13,154 nt of DNA from Candidatus Poribacteria bacterium (lineage in GTDB: Bacteria; Poribacteria; WGA-4E; UBA9662), in the NCBI GenBank assembly GCA_036339735.1, contig JAYZAL010000048.1, forward strand, positions 1 through 13,154, written 5' to 3'. The notes under the pieces are model-generated. The model ran no database searches. It saw nothing but the letters and a program-made list of their open reading frames with translations, and was not told the DNA's origin. How positions within the stretch are numbered: the first letter of the stretch is position 1; every line of letters begins with the position of its first letter. Both the position numbers and the translations under genes were made by a program. Shown here piece after piece: positions 1 through 6,368 of the stretch.

Positions 1-685
1 ATAAATGCAATCCAAAGAAATTCATGCCCATCTTTGACAGCTGAGTGATAACAGATTTATAATCCTCTGTGCTCCAAAAGTCAGGACCTGCAAGAAAATT
101 ATGGAAAGGAAGTATGCCACGCATCTCAAACCAGGGTAGACTTTTTTCATCAAATGCGCTGATATCAATTGGGTAAGCCAGCCTATTATCTGGAATAACA
201 TCACCTCCCAGGTTGAAATGACAACCGATAAGTTCTGCAAAACGATATGCAGCTCGTAAGGTAGTGATAGAATTGGTACCACAGATGACTAAAACAGTTC
301 TGCTGTCTTTACTTATTGATTTGATAAGATAACCCATTCTATTGTTTGAACTTGGAGCATCAACATTGCCGTAATCAGGTTTTAATTCAGTAATAATTGC
401 ACTACTATTTTCAGCAACAAGGATAATATCTCCAGACGGAAAAGCAGCATAAGTATCTGCAGTAACTATTGAAAGAGCAGTTCTTGTTCGAAGGAATATA
501 TACCTTCTTATTTCGTTTGTAGCTTGTTCTTCTGCAATAGATGCATTAGATGTCTTCACAATTGTTTGAGCACTGTTTATGGATGGTATTAGCAGAATTA
601 ATACTACACAGAAAACTTGATATTTTAAGGTAGCTGTCTTCAGCTTCGAACATTCAGAATATTTTTTTCTTCGTTTAGTAGCCAT
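1..685 (-). CDS. Partial (3' end beyond window) secreted glycoside-hydrolase-like protein: N-terminal beta-hexosaminidase-like domain followed by the start of a TIM barrel
   Basis: Not in the ORF track because there is no stop in the window. Manual translation from ATG 685 gives 228 open codons: MATKRRKKYSECSKLKTATLKYQVFCVVLILLIPSINSAQTIV...MGYLIKSISKDSRTVLVICGTNSITTLRAAYRFAELIGCHFNLGGDVIP...EKSLPWFEMRGILPFHNFLAGPDFWSTEDYKSVITQLSKMGMNFFGLHL. Basic N-region plus hydrophobic stretch suggests a signal peptide. The Y-x-I...LVIxG...YRF and P-x-F-x-x-RG...W...KMxMN...LH patterns resemble GH20/GH67/GH89/GH115-type domain-2 plus barrel architectures. AGGA lies upstream. Confidence 0.8.
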   Translation of the reverse strand, partial: MATKRRKKYSECSKLKTATLKYQVFCVVLILLIPSINSAQTIVKTSNASIAEEQATNEIRRYIFLRTRTALSIVTADTYAAFPSGDIILVAENSSAIITELKPDYGNVDAPSSNNRMGYLIKSISKDSRTVLVICGTNSITTLRAAYRFAELIGCHFNLGGDVIPDNRLAYPIDISAFDEKSLPWFEMRGILPFHNFLAGPDFWSTEDYKSVITQLSKMGMNFFGLHL

Positions 686-892
686 TTTCTATTGATATTC
701 CTAAAAAGTATTTTAATCATTAAGCTTGAAAAATATCTTACATAAAAACATGTAAACGTGTTTGGTTTTAAAAAGTATCCTGACTCAAAAACAGGGTCTA
801 AGGTGAGGAGAAAGTGAGTAATTGAAAAATACAAACTAAGACACATAACCTTTTGGGTGTTTTAATGTCAGAAATTAGTATTACCAAAACTT

Positions 893-1098
893 TCAATTCC
901 ACCCAATCAGTCTAAAAACAATTGCCCCAAAAAAGGTTGCGCAAAAAGCACAAAAAATAAAAAGACTAACCAGAGCAATAACTACCAAACATACTATCCG
1001 CTCCGCGCCACATATCCTCATTTTTTTGCAACAAGATATGTAATTCCAGCACTCATTATAATCCCAAGAACAAAACAAATTAAAAAACCCTCAATCAT
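893..1098 (-). pseudogene. Small 2-TM membrane protein split at an A7 run, or two coupled hydrophobic micro-ORFs (1018..1098, 26 aa; 893..1021, 42 aa)
   Basis: ATG 1098 gives MIEGFLICFVLGIIMSAGITYLVAKK-stop. Its TGA (1020-1018) overlaps ATG 1021 (ATGA), which opens MRICGAERIVCLVVIALVSLFIFCAFCATFFGAIVFRLIGWN. The junction is the homopolymer at 1021-1027. The T-rich strand could yield hydrophobic ORFs by chance. Confidence 0.3.
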
Positions 1099-1148
1099 AT
1101 CTCGTTAGCAGAATTTCCAAAACCTAGACCAAAAAACCACCCCAAATG

Positions 1149-1194
1149 GCAAAAACCTAGGCCACAACTGAATCCGTCCCCCCTAGGTTTTTGC
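1149..1194. repeat. Perfect 13-bp inverted repeat with 20-nt spacer
   Basis: GCAAAAACCTAGG (1149-1161) / CCTAGGTTTTTGC (1182-1194). A further partial copy AAAACCTAG is at 1119-1127. Confidence 0.85.
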
Positions 1195-1264
1195 AGAATT
1201 GAAGATTGACGGAATATAACAATAATTTTACAGGTGGTAAAGAGAAGAAAGGAGAGGGGGAATA

Positions 1265-1327
1265 ATGGCCGATAATCTCCATTATCAGACGTTAACCATT
1301 ACCCAATTTCAACTATCTTTTTCCTAG
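1265..1327 (+). CDS. Possible 20-aa small ORF (MADNLHYQTLTITQFQLSFS)
   Basis: Purine-rich SD-like AAGGAGAGGGGG immediately upstream of ATG 1265; TAG at 1325-1327. No recognisable homology. Confidence 0.2.
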   Translation: MADNLHYQTLTITQFQLSFS

Positions 1328-1439
1328 ATTTAGACGTCTATTAAATACTCATTGTCGAAAAGTCATTTCAGAACAGACTTGGTTATGTAAATGAACATGG
1401 TAATCAGTATCAAGCTAATACCTCAAACGACGGAACCTC

Positions 1440-1732
1440 ATGTTGCATCCAATTTCAATCTGGATAAAAGAAAGTTTTGGTTCCTATTTAGGACTTTCTG
1501 ATTGTTCTCTTATTATTGATAATCCCATTTGCTCTTTTTTTGTGCACGTATTGCCTACATTTTTAATATTGGAAATATGCGGTCGCGTAGGGAATGGGAC
1601 TCATCAGGTGATTTAGGTAGCGGAGGAGCCTTTTTGGGTGATCTAGGTGGCAGAGGTGATCGAGGAGGATTTTTCAGTGATTTAGATGGCGGTGGGGGTG
1701 GAAATAGCGGCGACGGTGGAGGAGGAGAATAG
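1440..1732 (+). pseudogene. Degenerate small membrane protein with Gly/Asp-rich C-terminal tail
   Basis: Three successive +1-shifted frames join into MLHPISIWIKESFGSYLG / FLIVLLLLIIPFALF / CARIAYIFNIGNMRSRREWDSSGDLGSGGAFLGDLGGRGDRGGFFSDLDGGGGGNSGDGGGGE. Shifts fall near 1494 and in the T7 run 1535-1541. The tail (ORF-track 1529..1732) has three imperfect (G/S)DL(G/D) repeats. Confidence 0.4.
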
Positions 1733-1909
1733 GTTTTACCCATTAGCTACTGTTTATGGCTAAAATAAATGGCAGGACTAAAAACGAAATGATCTCTCAC
1801 CGAAACAGTTTGAAGCAGCACTGGTTGAAGGGTTAGACAACTGGGATGGACAACATCCTGATGGTGGGTATGTCGAACATATCACTTGGTTAGAAAAAGA
1901 CAGCAGAGC

Positions 1910-2820
1910 TTACGATGCAACTACTGGCTGATTAGGTTGATTATATTTTGAATTACCCCAATAGATAGGCTCCCAGTGGCCTGTACAAACTCACGGTGTT
2001 GAGCGTTAGTTACCTCGTATTTGTCCATGTAAAAAGACTCTGTGTCTGGACCTGCAGGGATTAACACCATTTGAGAATTGTCTTTCTTCCACTCGATTAC
2101 TTTTACTTTCTCAGAACCAACAGTCTCATCTCTCTCCACTTTCAAATCCGGGTTTACTAGATCTTTTTTGGGTACAAATCTGGACTGTTGTTGTTTCTGT
2201 GCTGATTCAGATTGCAATTTCCTTAACTTAAAATTGGCTACTTTAGCCAATTTTCCTTCGGGAAACATGGACAGAAACTCTTCAATTTCATTCGGATCAC
2301 TGGGATCTTTGACTAACTGCCACATCTCGGTTTCGGCATCGGCCAACGTTGGACTAACTGACAGCTGTGATTTCGATGAGTCAACGACCGTCTTTGGACG
2401 ATTTACCCTCTGTGTCAAGACTAACTTGGTTCTGCCCTGCAGGCTGAGCCAGAGCGTCTGCTTCTTATTGTGATAGGTCTCAGTCCACTCATAAGCTCGT
2501 TCACCGATATTACAAGCATAAAAAAGGGCGGCACCAACAGCTGGTTTACCAGAGGAGTTAGTCCGTCGCTGGATCTTGAAACCGCGAGCAAAATCAGCAC
2601 TCAACAGATTATCCTGACTCCCACGACCAGAGGAGGGATCGTTGCGACAGGCATCAATAATGGTCAAGAGTTGTTGGGCTTTGACTTGAGACAAGATTTC
2701 ATTGACCTCCTGAAGTGGAGTAGCACTTCGCTTCAGGATTCGAGGAGTCGATGTATCACTGTCTACAGCCAAAAGATAGGACTGATCTTGACTGGAAATC
2801 CCATGGCCAGAGAAAAACGA
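1910..2820 (-). pseudogene. Caspase-like peptidase C14 domain fused to an FGE-sulfatase (SUMF1/EgtB/PvdO-like) domain; truncated and frameshifted
   Basis: The frame of ORF 1921..2772 extends upstream to 2820 as SFFSGHGISSQDQSYLLAVD (catalytic His motif), with an in-frame TAG at 2823-2821 directly before it and no start. IIDACRND (catalytic Cys) and YAC..GERAYE follow. The C-terminal MVLIPAG...FYMDKYEVTNAQHREFVQATG is the start of an FGE domain. After a frameshift near 1972 another frame reads EPIYWGNSKYNQPNQPVVAS-stop (TAA 1912-1910), so most of the FGE domain is missing. Confidence 0.8.
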
Positions 2821-2921
2821 CTAGTGAATTTATGTGAATGTCTCCTGCATGATAGCTGGGGTTATGGGAGCCAAAAAGACCAGAGGTTCATTTAGTGTCG
2901 AATGGAATGAATCCAAGAAAA

Positions 2922-3731
2922 TTAGTGAAAGGCTTTCAGATCAAGCCGATCACTGATACGGTCAGATACAGTGCTCGTCCACTCTATATCCTTCATTGAT
3001 TGTAAACTCATTAGAGCGACGTTCACTAAAGGATTAGAAAGAACATAATTTAACAGGAATTTATTAAGTTCCAAGGCTTTTGTTTCTTCAGGAAAACACT
3101 GTTGCATCAGCTTGGTAAAAGCGTGGCTGGTAGTTGAGCGCATCAGTACAATTCCCATTTCATGTCTGTGGGCGTCGGGTATTACTCCACGATTGCTGAA
3201 GAGGTCGCATGTACTTTGGTACATTAAATTGTAGTGAATTTGCATGATGTCAAATTCGCCACTAGCAATTAATCTATCAACGCCACTTGATGGGCCATCG
3301 GCAGAAAAACCAAGGTACCGTACTTTTCCAGTTTCCTTCAGTTTAAGATAAGTTTCTAGTCCACCTCGATTGAATATTTCCTCGGTCTCTTTATCGTCGA
3401 ACCAACCTCCATGAAATTGAAGAACATCGATCGTTTCTACATTCAGTCGTTTTAGACTAGATTCAACTGATGTCCTAACGTTATCAGCATTGTATGCTTT
3501 TGTTTTGGTAGCTACAATACATGAGTGTCCCTTAATCGCTTCACCAATAGTGGTTTCACTAAAGCCATCGCCGTAGGTTGGAGCTGTATCAATATAATTA
3601 ATTCCTTGGTCTAAAGCCTTATGAATTAGACTAATTAGTTCTTTGCGGTCTTGATCCTTTTTGATACGGCCACCACCATAGCCGATTTCTGACACGTTTA
3701 GGCCAGTCTTTCCTAATTTACGATATTGCAC
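2922..3731 (-). CDS. Aldo/keto reductase family oxidoreductase
   Basis: MQYRKLGKTGLNVSEIGYG N-terminus, GINYIDTAPTYG, ATK, SLKRLNVETIDVLQFH, GKVRYLGFS. Catalytic tetrad D48/Y53/K76/H107 is intact. GTG start with GAGGA RBS. Confidence 0.95.
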   Translation of the reverse strand: MQYRKLGKTGLNVSEIGYGGGRIKKDQDRKELISLIHKALDQGINYIDTAPTYGDGFSETTIGEAIKGHSCIVATKTKAYNADNVRTSVESSLKRLNVETIDVLQFHGGWFDDKETEEIFNRGGLETYLKLKETGKVRYLGFSADGPSSGVDRLIASGEFDIMQIHYNLMYQSTCDLFSNRGVIPDAHRHEMGIVLMRSTTSHAFTKLMQQCFPEETKALELNKFLLNYVLSNPLVNVALMSLQSMKDIEWTSTVSDRISDRLDLKAFH

Positions 3732-3840
3732 TTTAGTTATCCTCTTTTAAAGATTAATCCAAACTGATTATTCTTAAGTTTGACCACGATTTTGCATGAT
3801 TGATAGCTTCTCATGTGAATATACAATCCTACTCACCATT

Positions 3841-3953
3841 TTCTCAATTCGACTGTGATTTGGCGCACTTCGGCAGTTTCGCGGTTTATACCTACTAGAT
3901 TGAAACGCGGTATATTCGCAATACTGTAGACGCACCCGTTATCCAGTTGAGAA
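3841..3953 (-). other. Intergenic long irregular hairpin (candidate structured RNA or dispersed-repeat remnant)
   Basis: Nested complementary blocks (plus coordinates): 3841-3847/3947-3953 (TTCTCAA/TTGAGAA), 3862-3867/3931-3936, 3874-3877/3923-3926, 3879-3883/3917-3921, 3887-3892/3909-3914 (TATACC/GGTATA). Mismatches become G-U pairs on the minus strand. No known RNA family recognised. Confidence 0.35.
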
Positions 3954-4138
3954 TTTTTCCTCATCGTAACTTTCATGTCAACTAAGCCAATCTCTGAAAT
4001 TCCTAATAGATATTTTTCCCCTACTACTCGTTTTATATGAAGTGAGTGCGATTTTCTACTAATTCTATAATCCTAGTTATTTGACCATCGGGGTCTAACT
4101 TGCAATAGAATTTTTTTATTTTTATTATCAATATTTTG

Positions 4139-4147
4139 TGGTAGAAT
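4139..4147 (+). promoter_or_regulatory. Putative extended -10 promoter for the plus-strand hypothetical gene
   Basis: TG-G-TAGAAT at 4139-4147, preceded by a very AT-rich tract and 24 nt upstream of ATG 4172. Confidence 0.35.
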
Positions 4148-4171
4148 TTGACCAGATGGCTGGTTTTTGTA

Positions 4172-4633
4172 ATGTTAATTGCTAATATTTCTCGTAACAT
4201 CGTCCAAGAAGCTCGGAAATTCATCTCGGATACTCAGACTCGTAGTGTTCGATCACGGCAAAATAGGCCACAAAATAAACCAAACGAGGATGTATCAGTC
4301 GCTACGGAACAAGGGCCTGACACAACTCGGTTTGTTCCTGTTGACACGACTCATCAAATGCAAGTTGAAAGCAACTTGAGAGAAGCCAGAGATTGGGCGA
4401 ATGAGTTCTATGGTTCTCGACGGACCGGTCAAGTTTTATCAACTTCAATGCCCTCTGATGACCTAGGGGCTGCTAGCCAAGTCGTATCGGTTCAACAATT
4501 GACTCAGAGTTTGAGGCAAGTCTCTAGAATCAATGGACAACAACGGGCACCTTATTCTAACTCTGATCCAGCACCAATTGTGATTACCACTGGTGTACAG
4601 GAAAATGGGTTGGCACTAAATCGGGTCCTCTAA
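4172..4633 (+). CDS. Hypothetical protein (Gln/Ser/Arg-rich, probably largely disordered)
   Basis: Only long ORF in the gap between the AKR and RNase E/G genes, converging on the latter. The ORF track starts at TTG 4148; ATG 4172 (MLIANISRN...) is preferred because a -10 element abuts 4148. No domain recognised. Confidence 0.65.
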   Translation: MLIANISRNIVQEARKFISDTQTRSVRSRQNRPQNKPNEDVSVATEQGPDTTRFVPVDTTHQMQVESNLREARDWANEFYGSRRTGQVLSTSMPSDDLGAASQVVSVQQLTQSLRQVSRINGQQRAPYSNSDPAPIVITTGVQENGLALNRVL

Positions 4634-4687
4634 ACTTAAGTTCAGTTTCTAAGTTTCGACACCTATCATTTTTGCTACTGCCCGTTT

Positions 4688-6259
4688 CTACCAATTCAGC
4701 GAGATTTCTTTGTCCCGATCATCGTAAATATGGAAATCCTCCAAGTGGAGATCGACATCGTTCTGTAATCGAAGTCGTATGTCCAGACTACGTTCCAACC
4801 TTTTGACACGCGAGTCATTTCTCAATTTGTTGATGATTTGGTCATTCGCTATAACTTTTAGTTTACGACGACGTGTACGCTGATGAGCTGACTTAACACT
4901 CCGAAGTAAGTTGACCAAAATCGTGTCGGTAGCCAAGATTGCTCCGTGCCCTTCACAGTAAGGGCATTTGTCCGTCATCAGACTAGCTAAGCTAGGTCTC
5001 ATGCGTTGGCGTGTCATTTCAACCAAACCTAGTTCTGATATATGAAGGATGTTGGTTCGCGCTCGATCCTTCTGAATTTCCTTTTGAAATTTTCGATAAA
5101 CCATTTGTCTATGTTGTCGCCAATCCATATCAATGAAGTCAATCACTATAATTCCACCTAAATCCCGCAACCTCATTTGCCTAACGATTTCTTCAACGGC
5201 TTCTAGGTTAGTATGGAGGATAGTATCCATCGCGTCGTCTTCACCGACATACTTACCGGTGTTAACATCAACCGAAACCATAGCTTCTGTTTCTTGAATC
5301 ACTAAGTAGCCACCACTTTTGAGCCATACTTTTTCCTGCATTGCCTTGCGAAGTTCTTTCTCGATACCATAAGCCTCGAAAACCGAAATCGGTGAATCGT
5401 AAAATTTAACCTTCTGTTGAAGTTCTGGTAGTGCAGAAGACAGATAGTCCATTGTTTTGTTATATAACGTTTTTGAATCAATGACTAGTTGTGAAACATC
5501 ATCGCCAAAAAAATCGCGAATAATACGACCTACGAAACCATGGTCAATGTGAACTGCAGCCGGAGCTTTCACTTTTTCTGTATTTTCACAGATTGCCAAC
5601 CACTCTTTTTTTAGATGCTGAACTTCGTTGAATAATTCTTCACGTGAACGTCCTTCAGCTACAGTCCTGATGATTAACCCACCTTCAAATTCAGCGTGTA
5701 GTTCCCTCGCGATGGTTTTCAGCCGGTTTCGCTCTTCTACTGAGGGAATACGTCGCGAGACACCAATGTGGGAGGCGTTTGGAACAAATACAGCATATCG
5801 ACCAGGCAAAGAAATAGCCGTGGTTATCCGAGATCCTTTGTGAGCAATTGCTTCTTTGATGACCTGAACCAGAATATTCTTTCCAGTGGACAAAACATCG
5901 CCAATCGCAACGTGCCTACGCCGTGGACGCCCCCTATTCTGTTTTGATTTGGGAGCAGGCGGTGGGTCAGTAGTTTCCTGATTCAAATAAATTTTATCTG
6001 AGTTATCACTACCTTCAGTGTCTTCTTCGAAGTCATGATGCAAATCAGAAGCATGCAGAAAAGCATGTTTCTCAAGACCAATTTCGACAAAGGCAATTTG
6101 CATCCCAGGCAGAACATTGCGAACTGACCCCTTATACACATTACCTAAAACTAGCTCTTGGTTGTGTCGCTCTATGTGGATTTCATTGAGAACTCCATCC
6201 TCCAAAATTGCACATCGAATTTCATATTCATCATCAGCAATGATGATTTCTTTTTCCAT
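4688..6259 (-). CDS. rng: Rne/Rng family ribonuclease (RNase G-like; catalytic domain only)
   Basis: GNVYKGSVRNVLPGMQIAFVEIG (S1 domain), SLPGRYAVFVP, GVSRRI, GLIIRT, VDVNTG and DLGGIIVIDFIDM (catalytic Asp residues), ISELGLVEMTRQR, CPYCEGHG Zn-link. 523 aa with no long C-terminal scaffold. GGAGG RBS. Confidence 0.95.
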   Translation of the reverse strand: MEKEIIIADDEYEIRCAILEDGVLNEIHIERHNQELVLGNVYKGSVRNVLPGMQIAFVEIGLEKHAFLHASDLHHDFEEDTEGSDNSDKIYLNQETTDPPPAPKSKQNRGRPRRRHVAIGDVLSTGKNILVQVIKEAIAHKGSRITTAISLPGRYAVFVPNASHIGVSRRIPSVEERNRLKTIARELHAEFEGGLIIRTVAEGRSREELFNEVQHLKKEWLAICENTEKVKAPAAVHIDHGFVGRIIRDFFGDDVSQLVIDSKTLYNKTMDYLSSALPELQQKVKFYDSPISVFEAYGIEKELRKAMQEKVWLKSGGYLVIQETEAMVSVDVNTGKYVGEDDAMDTILHTNLEAVEEIVRQMRLRDLGGIIVIDFIDMDWRQHRQMVYRKFQKEIQKDRARTNILHISELGLVEMTRQRMRPSLASLMTDKCPYCEGHGAILATDTILVNLLRSVKSAHQRTRRRKLKVIANDQIINKLRNDSRVKRLERSLDIRLRLQNDVDLHLEDFHIYDDRDKEISLNW

Positions 6260-6263
6260 TTTA

Positions 6264-6289
6264 GCCTCCAGTTGCTCCTTGGAGGCAAC
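6264..6289 (-). promoter_or_regulatory. Hairpin sequestering the rng Shine-Dalgarno, with a mutually exclusive alternative
   Basis: mRNA reads GUUGCCUCCAAGGAGCAACUGGAGGCUAAAAUG. GCCUCCA/UGGAGGC (7 bp) covers GGAGG, whereas GUUG(C)CUC-CAAG-GAG-CAAC leaves it free. Confidence 0.5.
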
Positions 6290-6368
6290 GAGTAATCAAT
6301 CGGTCATCTGTATCGGTCTGGCGAACACATTAATTTCTGATCCATTTCGTTTGAACTAATAGGTCTCG

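Noticed and set aside
751-764. TGTAAACGTGTTTG as a LacI-family/cre operator upstream of the glycosidase-like gene
   Set aside because: Only one half-site matches and no regulator gene is in the window.
22-846. ORF-track calls 22..282 and 640..846
   Set aside because: Alternative frames overlapping the longer, motif-bearing open frame 685..1, or AT-rich intergenic sequence.
1555-1743. Pro-rich 62-aa ORF on the minus strand
   Set aside because: Antisense shadow of the Gly-rich plus-strand frame (GGN codons read as Pro/Ser).
2078-2895. Plus-strand ORFs 2078..2473 and 2470..2895
   Set aside because: Antisense to the caspase-FGE pseudogene, which carries the recognisable motifs.
3841-3953. Assignment as 6S RNA, tRNA, SRP RNA or a known riboswitch (lysine, TPP, SAM, cobalamin)
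   Set aside because: Too short for typical 6S, no cloverleaf, and conserved cores are absent apart from an isolated GCCGAAG.
4033-4379. ORFs 4033..4224 (-) and 4179..4379 (+)
   Set aside because: Short, overlap the longer 4172..4633 ORF or its promoter, and show no motifs.
4632-4656. AAACTTA...TAAGTTT hairpin as a bidirectional terminator
   Set aside because: 7-bp AT-rich stem with an 11-nt loop and no U-tract; too weak to call.
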